A stretch of DNA of 64,000 nucleotides. It comes from an uncultured Gammaproteobacteria bacterium (GTDB lineage: Bacteria > Patescibacteriota > Patescibacteriia > SBBC01 > CAIJZX01). The notes beneath the pieces were generated by a model. The model was not told the origin of the DNA, ran no database searches, and saw nothing but the letters and a program-made list of their open reading frames with translations. The DNA lies in NCBI GenBank assembly GCA_964397195.1, contig CAYNGY010000003.1, positions 69,836 to 133,835 of the forward strand, given 5' to 3'. Of the stretch, positions 9,338 to 17,730 are shown in pieces (positions within the stretch are counted from its first letter, which is position 1; every line of letters begins with the position of its first letter). A program made the translations under genes and the position numbers.

Positions 9338-9739
9338 ATGGGAGTGCGTTGGGACAAATCGGATCGTAACCTGGTGAACTTCTTCCACATCGACTGGGCC
9401 AGTATCCGCATCGAGGCCTTGATCCAGCGCCACGGTCGCCCGATCGAGTCCCCGTGGGAAATGCTGCAACGCGTCGGGGGCGTGCTCATCCTGCGCGATC
9501 ACCTGATGGCATCCGTCGAGGCCGGACAATTCGTCATCCGACCCGGCACGCCGATCGTCGTCGGAGATCGCTGGCAACCGAGGAAGGGCGGAATCCACCA
9601 CGGCTTCTTCACCAATCCGGTGGTCATGGCCGGTGGCCAGCGTCCGTCCATCTACGACGCCGCCAACTGGCTGTGGCGTGAGGAATCACGCGGCTTCGTT
9701 CGCCCGTGCTGGCGCTTCGCCGTCGGCACGCCGGTGTAG
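9338..9739 (+). CDS. hypothetical protein (133 aa)
   Basis: Divergent from the 8531-9118 gene across a 220-nt intergenic region. No motif was recognised. Confidence 0.4.
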   Translation: MGVRWDKSDRNLVNFFHIDWASIRIEALIQRHGRPIESPWEMLQRVGGVLILRDHLMASVEAGQFVIRPGTPIVVGDRWQPRKGGIHHGFFTNPVVMAGGQRPSIYDAANWLWREESRGFVRPCWRFAVGTPV

Positions 9740-9981
9740 ACGCGCATCATCGCTCCATCGCGGGCACCCCACCCGCGATTTTTGATATTGAAAAACACCT
9801 CCGAGGCCGTGTGGCGCCGGAGGCGGGGGAGCGAACTGTGCGGGGTGCAGCTAGGGACGACGGACGTGCGGGACACGTTTCGGTTCTTTCCGCGCGTTCT
9901 GGGCGATCCGGATCTCGGTGTAGGACTCGCTGGGAGTTGTCGGCTGACGTGGTGGTTGCACCGGGCGGGGTTGTTTGTTGT

Positions 9982-10143
9982 TCATCGACGCTCCTTGGTC
10001 ATCGGCCGGGTCGGCAGATCCTCGCCGGTGCCGTGGCCTTCGGGATGGTTGCTGCCACGAATGATGATTCTGATGAGCAGGACGATGATGACGACGAAGG
10101 CGATGCCGATGCCGATCAGGAGTCTTGTCATGGGAACCTCCAT
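9982..10143 (-). CDS. putative single-TM microprotein (about 50 aa)
   Basis: Found by manual translation as M(EVPM)TRLLIGIGIAFVVIIVLLIRIIIRGSNHPEG.., directly downstream of the zinc-ribbon gene in the same minus-strand operon. It is below the ORF-track size cutoff, and coordinates are within about 3 nt. Confidence 0.3.
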   Translation of the reverse strand: MEVPMTRLLIGIGIAFVVIIVLLIRIIIRGSNHPEGHGTGEDLPTRPMTKERR

Positions 10144-10165
10144 CGAACCGTGTCACGGCGGAGAA

Positions 10166-10450
10166 CTAGTCGGCCTGACCGTCTTCGCCGCCTCGAGTTG
10201 GGTCGAAGCGACGGCGCTCCGATGCGGACAGCATAGCCGGCGTGAGCGGGGCGGGGTGACAGTCCGGGCATTTCTTCTTGCCTTCGTGTTCCCGCAGATA
10301 CTCCAGCCAGGTGACCTGCTGACATCCAGCACAGCGTTCGCCGTGCCGCGAGAGTAGCAGGAAGCTCGAGTCGGTTCCGTCGCCGTCGCCACCCCAGCGA
10401 GACGCGGCTGAGTCGGCGGTTGGGGCAACGGTGTTCGGGTCGTGTTCCAC
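10166..10450 (-). CDS. zinc-ribbon protein (CxxC..CxxC), hypothetical
   Basis: A GTG start is preceded by GGAGGT. The 94 aa product has a C-terminal CAGC...CPDC pair. It lies 17 nt downstream of the 277-aa gene, which indicates an operon. Confidence 0.5.
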   Translation of the reverse strand: MEHDPNTVAPTADSAASRWGGDGDGTDSSFLLLSRHGERCAGCQQVTWLEYLREHEGKKKCPDCHPAPLTPAMLSASERRRFDPTRGGEDGQAD

Positions 10451-10466
10451 GTCGTACCTCCGTGGT

Positions 10467-11300
10467 TCAACGAATGGCGCTAGCGCGGACGGCCATATGG
10501 AGCGCCGACAGCCCAGCCAAGAAGACGAGGATCTCAATCGGCGAGGTGATCGCGCATCCGACGAGTAAACCGCCGGACTCAGCTCTGAACTGGGTGTGGG
10601 TTTCGAGCTGCACCTTCTCACACGGATAGCCGAGTGTGAGCATGTTGTCAGCGACGGTCACTGGGAACTGCTCGGCCGCTTCGTGCGGTCGAACACGGCC
10701 GTTCGTCATCCGATTGTAGGCGAGGCGCATGGCCTCGGAAACGCCGGGTAGGGGAGACGTGTTGCCCCAGCGATTGAGCCAGTCGGCAGTTGGGCCGCTG
10801 ACCCAGATGTGGAGTCCGCCCGACTGGGTGGAGCTCGGGGTTAAGCGGATGTCGCTGACGGCGAACGTCTGAGGACGATCCGTCCACGGTGACTCCGTCG
10901 ATGTGGACATGAGCGCCGACGTGACCACGGCGTACGAGGCGAGGAGCGCCTCGATCGGTGCGAGGTCGACTCCTTTCAACGGTTCACCGAGGTGACGCGG
11001 GTAGGGGAAGCGCAAAACGATCGTCTCGCCCGTCAGTTCGGCGTGGGCTTTCCGTCCGTAGCCCCACGAGCAAGCGACCTCGATCGGGGTGAACGGCGGA
11101 AGGACAGATTCGTCCATGACGGTCGTTGCGGGTGTGGCGCAGCGATTGGCGACGTCCATGAAGATGTTGAAGGGCATTCCGATGACGAGCCCATACTGTG
11201 TGGCCAGAAACTCATACCAAGCAGGGCAGGTGCCCTGCCGAATGGCGTACCCATGCCGCTCGAGCATGCCGGCCTCCTTGAGGGTGTAGGGTTCGGTCAC
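10467..11300 (-). CDS. hypothetical protein (277 aa)
   Basis: Long ORF with a coherent composition and no recognisable motif. It is the first gene of a minus-strand three-gene operon inside the high-GC island. Confidence 0.5.
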   Translation of the reverse strand: MTEPYTLKEAGMLERHGYAIRQGTCPAWYEFLATQYGLVIGMPFNIFMDVANRCATPATTVMDESVLPPFTPIEVACSWGYGRKAHAELTGETIVLRFPYPRHLGEPLKGVDLAPIEALLASYAVVTSALMSTSTESPWTDRPQTFAVSDIRLTPSSTQSGGLHIWVSGPTADWLNRWGNTSPLPGVSEAMRLAYNRMTNGRVRPHEAAEQFPVTVADNMLTLGYPCEKVQLETHTQFRAESGGLLVGCAITSPIEILVFLAGLSALHMAVRASAIR

Positions 11301-11369
11301 AGGTAACCATGATGGGACCGCCTTGTCAATCCGTCATGGTCAATAAAAAATGGATTAACTCGCCGTGAG

Positions 11370-11984
11370 CTAACCCATGTCCTTGCGGAGTACCGACCGA
11401 ACGAGATGTCCGACAGAAAGCACCGATGCATGTCTCTGATCGAAATCTGGACGGTAGAAGGAGCAGTTGATGCGGGAAGTTGCGTCTCGGAAAACGTGGC
11501 GATACAGTGCTTGGTAGACGCGGCCCTGGAGGTAACTTCTCCAGCTCAGGCCACGTGGAAGCGGTGCGAGGAGAAAGCTCTGGTGATCAATCGTGACGAA
11601 GGGGATCCGCAGTCGACGCGCCACGTAGGCGGTATACGGTTCCACATCCGTGATGATCAGGGCCGGATCGAGACGGGTGATTAATGAGAGCACCTCTCGA
11701 TACGCTCGGCCCCGGCCCATGTCCAGCCGGATGACGGCGGGCCCGTAGTGGGTCAGCATTCGGGCGTTGTTCAGTCGAGTGCCCTCGTAGATGAAGGTCA
11801 CCGGGCCGATCGGATGGATACGCTTGTACCCACCTTGGTTGAAAAACGCGAGGGCATCACCGCTGGTGAGGATGTGGACCTCGTAGCCCCGGGCGGTGAG
11901 CTCGTCGATGACTACGGCACTGCGGGTCGCGTGACCTCGGCCTTCGCCCATCACGCCATAGACCACGGTCTGTTTCTTGGTCAT
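11370..11984 (-). CDS. GT-B glycosyltransferase N-terminal domain only (GT28/MGT-like), probably a truncated gene
   Basis: 204 aa. The N-terminus VYGVMGEGRGHATRSAVVIDEL..RGYEVHILT matches the MurG/MGT-type acceptor domain. No C-terminal nucleotide-sugar-binding half (HGGxGT..E) follows in any frame. Confidence 0.5.
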   Translation of the reverse strand: MTKKQTVVYGVMGEGRGHATRSAVVIDELTARGYEVHILTSGDALAFFNQGGYKRIHPIGPVTFIYEGTRLNNARMLTHYGPAVIRLDMGRGRAYREVLSLITRLDPALIITDVEPYTAYVARRLRIPFVTIDHQSFLLAPLPRGLSWRSYLQGRVYQALYRHVFRDATSRINCSFYRPDFDQRHASVLSVGHLVRSVLRKDMG

Positions 11985-12149
11985 GTTTGGCCTCGAGAGA
12001 GAAGGTGCGGTTCGGAGGTTCGATGGATCGAAGTTACGGCCTCATTCTACATGGGCCGGGCCCGCCGTCAATGCGCGAGGGTCACGGCCCGCTAAAGCCC
12101 ACAACTCCGACCATTGACCGGGCTGGGTTTTGCGCGTATACTCTGGCCC

Positions 12150-13127
12150 ATGTCTGAATCTGCTTCAACCGATCGCTTGGCTATCTCGGCCAAAGGAATC
12201 ACGAAATCATTCAAAGATACTGACGTCTTGAAGGGGATCAACCTGTCCGTACCTTCGGGCACCGTCTTTGCACTACTCGGTCCGAATGGAGCCGGGAAAA
12301 CAACGATGGTTCGGATCCTGGCGACCTTGTTGCGGATGGATAGCGGACAAGCGAGTGTGGGTGGGTTCGATGTCACGACGAACGCTGATGCAGTTCGCGG
12401 CGTCATTGGGTTAACCGGACAGTTCGCCGCGGTTGATGAAAAACTGACCGGTCGCGAAAATCTCGAGATTATTGGCCAGCTCTATCATATTCATGCCGCC
12501 GATGCGAAACGCCGGGCCCAGGAACTGCTGGAACGTTTTGAACTGCTGGATGCCGCCGGCCGGGCCGTCAAGAAATATTCCGGTGGGATGCGTCGTCGTT
12601 TAGACTTAGCGGCTAGCCTGATTGTCACGCCGCCAATTATTTTTCTGGATGAACCGACCACCGGTCTCGATCCACATAGTCGCAACACCATGTGGCGGAT
12701 TATTGAAGAGCTGGTGAAAGACGGGACGACGATTTTGTTAACGACCCAGTATCTTGAAGAGGCTGATCAGTTAGCTGACCGCATCGCCGTGATTGATAAA
12801 GGTGTCGTCATTGCCGAGGGCACGGCCGATGAATTGAAAGACAAGGTCGGGCGGGAACAACTCGAAGTGGTGATGGAATCGGATGCGGATTTCGTGTCGG
12901 CATTGAGCATCTTTGGCTCGCAGGCCAGCCACCAAAACGCCGCTACCCGGACGATGCAATTTGCGGTTGAGCATGGCGTCCATCAACTTCGCTCGATCCT
13001 CGACCAATTTGATGAAGCGCATATTAATGTTAAAAGTATCGCGACGCACCGGCCAACGCTCGACGACGTATTTCTGAAACTAACCGGTCATGAAGCGGAA
13101 ATGAAAACCGAGGAGGCAAAATCATGA
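12150..13127 (+). CDS. ABC transporter ATP-binding protein
   Basis: Walker A GPNGAGKTT, the signature SGGMRRR, Walker B ILFLDEPT and a C-terminal extension. A TATACT -10 box sits about 6 nt upstream, giving a near-leaderless transcript. Confidence 0.88.
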   Translation: MSESASTDRLAISAKGITKSFKDTDVLKGINLSVPSGTVFALLGPNGAGKTTMVRILATLLRMDSGQASVGGFDVTTNADAVRGVIGLTGQFAAVDEKLTGRENLEIIGQLYHIHAADAKRRAQELLERFELLDAAGRAVKKYSGGMRRRLDLAASLIVTPPIIFLDEPTTGLDPHSRNTMWRIIEELVKDGTTILLTTQYLEEADQLADRIAVIDKGVVIAEGTADELKDKVGREQLEVVMESDADFVSALSIFGSQASHQNAATRTMQFAVEHGVHQLRSILDQFDEAHINVKSIATHRPTLDDVFLKLTGHEAEMKTEEAKS

Positions 13128-13933
13128 GCACGTCCATCGCCAATACCATCCCGCAGGTGAAACACTCGAAAGCGGTGTGGATGTGTATCGATAGCTGGGT
13201 GATGGTCAAGCGCAGTTTGCTCCAAATCCGTCAGGATCCGGAACAGCTGATTGGCATTACGGTTCAACCGATCATGTTCGTGGTGCTGTTTCGGTTCGTC
13301 TTCGGCGGCGCGATCGACACCGGCGGGGTTAGCTACGTCAATTTCCTGATGGCCGGGATTTTTGTCCAGACCGCCGCCTTCGGTTCAACCATGTCGGCCT
13401 ACAGCGTCGCCATTGATCTCGAAAAGGGGATTATGGATCGTTTCCGGTCCTTGCCGATGATGAAGAGCGCGGTCTTGGTCGGACACGTCGTGGCCGATAT
13501 GATTCGTAACCTGCTCGCGACGGCGGTGATGGTCGGCGCCGGATTAGCCGTCGGGTTTCGTCCGGAAGCGAATTTTGCCGAATGGGCGCTGGCGATTGGG
13601 TTGTTACTCTTCTTCTCCTTCGCGTTGTCGTGGTTATTCGTCCTGATTGCCCTGATCGGAAAAACGATTCAGTTCGTTCAACAGTTTAGTTTCATCCTCA
13701 TCTTTCCGCTGACCTTCGTCAGTAGTGCTTTCGTGCCGGTCGAGACCATGCCGAATTGGCTCCAGGTCTTTGCAAAACATCAACCGCTGACCCACCTGAT
13801 CGAGGCGATTCGGGCGCTCCTCGTCGGGATGCCGGTCGGGAATCACGCCTGGATGACGCTTTGGTGGAGCCTCGGGATTCTGGCCGTCGGGTTCACCTCG
13901 ACAACAGCGCTCTTCCGCCGACAGGCGAAGTAG
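13124..13933 (+). CDS. ABC-2 family transporter permease
   Basis: Six TM helices, with an ATGA start-stop overlap with the upstream ATPase gene. Confidence 0.85.
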   Translation: MSTSIANTIPQVKHSKAVWMCIDSWVMVKRSLLQIRQDPEQLIGITVQPIMFVVLFRFVFGGAIDTGGVSYVNFLMAGIFVQTAAFGSTMSAYSVAIDLEKGIMDRFRSLPMMKSAVLVGHVVADMIRNLLATAVMVGAGLAVGFRPEANFAEWALAIGLLLFFSFALSWLFVLIALIGKTIQFVQQFSFILIFPLTFVSSAFVPVETMPNWLQVFAKHQPLTHLIEAIRALLVGMPVGNHAWMTLWWSLGILAVGFTSTTALFRRQAK

Positions 13934-13985
13934 ATAACCCAAACAACCCATATTTCTTTATAGGCGGCTTGGCGTTGACTAGTTT

Positions 13986-14060
13986 TGGTGGGTCCCCTGG
14001 GACTCGAACCCAGAACCCACGGCTTAAAAGGCCGTTGCTCTACCATTGAGCTAGGAACCC
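13986..14060 (-). tRNA. tRNA-Lys (anticodon UUU), CCA encoded
   Basis: The reverse complement folds as a cloverleaf: acceptor GGGTTCC/GGGACCC, anticodon stem ACGGC/GCCGT, loop CUUUUAA, T-arm CTGGG-TTCGAGT-CCCAG, and a 3' ACCA. Confidence 0.85.
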
Positions 14061-14250
14061 AAGAGAAGCCAACGTGCGAAGGGTAGCGAAAAATGGCGAA
14101 TTGGTCAACGGTTTGACGATATGGACGGGTTTGCGTGGCGGGTGTAGATTGTGGGTGTTGGGCTAATGGAACGAGTTCGAGTTCCGGGTGGCCCACCAAC
14201 GACGCGACAACAGTGTCGCATTAATACGAGCACACATATCTTAGGTAGGC

Positions 14251-15141
14251 ATGGAACGAGATTGGGAATCACTATTTACTAACTGGGCAAAACCGCCTAG
14301 CGTTTCGGAACGTGAGCGCATGGAGAATGCTGAACGCGCTGTTCGTGATGCCATCGGGGCAAGTAGTGCACTCAGTGACCACAATATCCGAGTATTCCCG
14401 CAGGGATCGTACCGCAATCGAACAAATGTACGACAAGATAGCGATGTAGATATCTGCGTACTTTGTACTGATACGTACTATTTTCAGTTGCCTGAAGGGA
14501 AGACGAGAGATCAGTTTGGGCTCAATACGCCCGCGACCTACCCGGATGCAACATTTCGATCGGACGTAGAAAATTCCCTGATTGATCACTTTGGCGCGTC
14601 CTCTGTGCATGCTGGTAAAAAAGCCTTTGATGTTCATGCCAACTCTTATCGAGTTGATGCTGACGTGACCGCGTGTTTCGAATATCGGTTTTTCTACGAG
14701 GATGGTACTTATAGAACAGGCACGGCTCTTCTACCTAAAGAGGGCATGTATATTCCTAACTATCCTGATCAGCACTACAAGAATGGGTACGCAAAGCATG
14801 AGTCCACTAGCCAACAATACCGTAAGATAGTACGTGCTCTCAAAAACCTAGCTGGGAATATGGCAGCATCAGGTATTAGTATCGCTAATTCGGCACCATC
14901 GTTTTTGCTTGAGTCAATGACCTGGAATGTCCCAGACAGCATGTTTGTTGGAGATTCGTATAAGTCTGATATGCGAAGAATTCTGGCACACACTTTTAAC
15001 GCCACTCTTAATGATGAAGACTGCTCTGACTGGTATGAGGTAAATGGCCACAAGTACCTATTTCGCACTACACAGCCATGGAGCCGGGAACAGGCACATA
15101 ACTTTCTAAGTTCCGCGTGGAATTATGTTGGATACGAATAG
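14251..15141 (+). CDS. SMODS / cGAS-DncV-like nucleotidyltransferase (CD-NTase) of a CBASS-type system
   Basis: 296 aa with the pol-beta NTase signature FPQGSYRNRTNVRQDSDVDICVL (GS...DxD) and a downstream acidic residue (VDADV). It sits in a low-GC segment beside tRNA-Lys. Confidence 0.7.
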   Translation: MERDWESLFTNWAKPPSVSERERMENAERAVRDAIGASSALSDHNIRVFPQGSYRNRTNVRQDSDVDICVLCTDTYYFQLPEGKTRDQFGLNTPATYPDATFRSDVENSLIDHFGASSVHAGKKAFDVHANSYRVDADVTACFEYRFFYEDGTYRTGTALLPKEGMYIPNYPDQHYKNGYAKHESTSQQYRKIVRALKNLAGNMAASGISIANSAPSFLLESMTWNVPDSMFVGDSYKSDMRRILAHTFNATLNDEDCSDWYEVNGHKYLFRTTQPWSREQAHNFLSSAWNYVGYE

Positions 15142-15144
15142 CCT

Positions 15145-15768
15145 ATGCCTTCAAAAAACCAGTTAACTGTCCTAATATTTTTTGCTGTGCTGACTTGGGC
15201 AATTTTGCTATGGTGGCAAGGGGTGTCGCCCTCGGCTGATTGGCTCAAACCCTTCTCGTCGGTTGTTGGCGTTCTAATGCTTCTTCTCGCAGGGTTTAAC
15301 CTCTGGTTTTGGAGGTGGCCAGTTTTCCGTGGGTGGCTGGTAAAGAGGCCAGTTGTTGGAGGAACGTGGAAAGTAACACTACAAACACGCTGGAAGGATC
15401 CAGAGACCGGTCTTGTGCCAGGACCAATCCTCGGTTTCATGGCTATTCGTCAACATTACGATAGCTTGTCAATGCGACTGATGACAAAAGAATCTGTCTC
15501 TGTACTATTGGGCGCTGAAATTCTTACTGATCCCGATGGGTCTCGAAGTATTGTGGGTGTATATCGGAATGAACCGAAAATTGCAGTAATGGATCGAAGC
15601 AGGATACATCATGGAGCATTATTGCTTAGTGTGCATGGGCAGCCTCCAGCCCGACTAACGGGGAAATACTGGACGGATAGAGAAACCGCTGGGGATATTG
15701 AGCTGTTTGATCACAAACCAGTGAGTTATGACGATTTCAAAACAGCAACAAAAGCCTGGGAAGTTTGA
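15145..15768 (+). CDS. 2-TM effector (Cap15/SLATT-like) coupled to the CD-NTase
   Basis: 207 aa. Two N-terminal TM helices (LTVLIFFAVLTWAILLWW and VVGVLMLLLAGFNLWFW) are followed by a roughly 150-aa beta-rich C-terminal domain. Its start is 4 nt after the CD-NTase stop, indicating translational coupling. Confidence 0.6.
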   Translation: MPSKNQLTVLIFFAVLTWAILLWWQGVSPSADWLKPFSSVVGVLMLLLAGFNLWFWRWPVFRGWLVKRPVVGGTWKVTLQTRWKDPETGLVPGPILGFMAIRQHYDSLSMRLMTKESVSVLLGAEILTDPDGSRSIVGVYRNEPKIAVMDRSRIHHGALLLSVHGQPPARLTGKYWTDRETAGDIELFDHKPVSYDDFKTATKAWEV

Positions 15769-15991
15769 CGACTTAGTGAACAAAAACCTCCATCATCGCG
15801 TGCGCCATCGCTAACATCTCGCACGCCCGACCCCAGGCCTCAGACATCTTGACCTCCTCGCCCTCTAACCGAGTCAGGATTGTTTGGAGTCGCTGGACCT
15901 GAAACTCGGTCAATACGAAACTGAAGCGCTAATCTCACGCCTCAACCCAACCTTGGCAAATATCGCAGCTCACGATACACTGAACGCCTGT

Positions 15992-16333
15992 ATGGAGCTA
16001 AAGCCACGGACTGAGTACTCACACTTTGAAGCCCTCGACATACGCGTAGGCCGTATCGTTGATGTTCAAGATGCTGCGACGAAGAAGCCAACATATCGCA
16101 TGACGATCAACTTCGGATCACCCATTGGCACGCGAGTGTCGTGTGGCGCTTATCGTAACTACCCAAAGGAAGAGCTTCTTGGGAAAGAAGTTGTATGCGT
16201 TGTAAACCTCGGCGAAAAGAAGATGGGACCCGAGGTGTCACAAGTGCTTGTACTTGGTGTGCCAGGACAGAACGGCGAGACCATTCGACTTATGCCGCAG
16301 GCCGACGTCGACCTCGGGGTCCAAGTCTTCTAA
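15992..16333 (+). CDS. CsaA/Trbp111-like tRNA-binding domain protein
   Basis: 113 aa, with HFEALDIRVGRIVDV...VVCVVNLG, typical of EMAP/MetRS-C-like tRNA-binding OB folds. Confidence 0.65.
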   Translation: MELKPRTEYSHFEALDIRVGRIVDVQDAATKKPTYRMTINFGSPIGTRVSCGAYRNYPKEELLGKEVVCVVNLGEKKMGPEVSQVLVLGVPGQNGETIRLMPQADVDLGVQVF

Positions 16334-16487
16334 GGCCACTCGAATAAGCCGTCTCTCCGAACTGGATCCATTTCCAAAGTTCAGACCGGGTGACCCCCAC
16401 CTAGAAAATAATTTAGCCACGACCTGTCCACAACCATCGGCCGAGTAATATCGGTTGGTAAAGCCGAGGCCGTGTTATCATACCCGC

Positions 16488-16802
16488 ATGTCTAAAATCA
16501 CAGTTTCAAAAGGGACTGTCCACGCTGTCCCGCCCGATGTTCGGCGGGCGTTGATGTCCGATCGTGAGGCGCGGGCGCTTTGGGAGGACTTGACGCCGCT
16601 GGCGCGCAACGAGTGGATTTGTTGGGTGACCTTCGTCAAGAAAGCGGAGACGCGACAGGATCATGTTCGCCGGGTGGTGAGTGAGCTCAAGGACGGGATG
16701 CGCCGGCCGTGTTGCTGGCTCGGCTGTCCGCATCGAAAAGACAAAGCGGTCAGTCCGTCGGTGCAAGGAATACTGGCGCGACGATCGAGAACGAAATCAT
16801 AA
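16488..16802 (+). CDS. YdeI/OmpD-associated family protein
   Basis: Carries the conserved LARNEWICWV..K..TRQ.R core. Confidence 0.55.
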   Translation: MSKITVSKGTVHAVPPDVRRALMSDREARALWEDLTPLARNEWICWVTFVKKAETRQDHVRRVVSELKDGMRRPCCWLGCPHRKDKAVSPSVQGILARRSRTKS

Positions 16803-16820
16803 TCAACTCACGATCAGGCT

Positions 16821-17198
16821 ATGAAAAAAGGTACGTACGTAGAAGGCTTCGTCATTTCCATCCCAAAAAAGAACACGGCCAAGTACATCAAGATGGCCCG
16901 TGAAGGAAAGCAGGCCTGGATGAAGTTCGGAGCGCTTGATTATAAGGAATGCATGATCGACGGCGCCTCGCCGAAACACATTACCTTTACCTTCCCGAAG
17001 ATGGCAAAAACGAAGCCGAGTGAAGTGACCTGGTTTTCCTTCATTACCTACAAATCGAAGGCGCATCGCCAAGCCGTCAACAAGAAGGTCATGGCGTATT
17101 TATCCAAGAAGTATGGGAGTGAGCCGGGACCAGTGGGTATGCCGTTCGACATGAAGCGCATGAGTCACGCGACGTTTAAAGTGGTCGTTGGCGCATAA
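16821..17198 (+). CDS. DUF1428-family protein
   Basis: 125 aa with the MKKGTYV.GFV..IPK pattern. Confidence 0.55.
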   Translation: MKKGTYVEGFVISIPKKNTAKYIKMAREGKQAWMKFGALDYKECMIDGASPKHITFTFPKMAKTKPSEVTWFSFITYKSKAHRQAVNKKVMAYLSKKYGSEPGPVGMPFDMKRMSHATFKVVVGA

Positions 17199-17243
17199 GG
17201 TAGCAATAACAAGAGTCTTGCTTACTAATTACCCACGCGTCCC

Positions 17244-17726
17244 ATGGCCCAGCTCATTAAACCAATCACGCCGCACCTCTGGTTCGATACGCCGGAAAAG
17301 GTGAAGGAAGCGGTTGAGTATTATGTTTCGGTTTTTCCAAACTCAAAAGTGCTGAGCTCCTACGTCCTGCATAATACCCCGACGCCCGGCGGGGATACGT
17401 TTGTGTACGAATTCGAATTGAATGGCCAGCGGTTTATGGCTATTAATGGCGGCGACATCTTCAAGTTCAACGAAGCGGTGTCGTTCATTATTACTTGCGA
17501 GACGCAGGAAGAGCTGGACATGTATTGGTCAAAACTCTCGGCCGTGCCGGCCTCGGAACAGTGCGGCTGGTGCAAAGATAAATTCGGGCTGGTCTGGCAA
17601 ATTACGCCGCTCTATCTCGAGACGGTCATGTCGAGCAGGGATCAGGCGAAGATAGATCGGGTGACGCAGGCTTTCCTGACGATGAAAAAGATCGTGATTG
17701 CAGAATTAGAAAATGCGGCGGCGTAA
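17244..17726 (+). CDS. VOC/glyoxalase-like (PhnB / 3-demethylubiquinone methyltransferase-like) protein
   Basis: Carries I.P.LWF....EA..FY.SVF and GWCKDKFG.VWQI. Confidence 0.6.
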   Translation: MAQLIKPITPHLWFDTPEKVKEAVEYYVSVFPNSKVLSSYVLHNTPTPGGDTFVYEFELNGQRFMAINGGDIFKFNEAVSFIITCETQEELDMYWSKLSAVPASEQCGWCKDKFGLVWQITPLYLETVMSSRDQAKIDRVTQAFLTMKKIVIAELENAAA

Positions 17727-17730
17727 ATAT

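Noticed and set aside
13986-14250. Integrase or att-site duplication marking a classical tRNA-integrated element
   Set aside because: There is no integrase or recombinase gene in the window, no direct repeat of the tRNA 3' end was seen, and the island lies on the 5' side of tRNA-Lys. It is treated as a variable region, not a defined integrative element.
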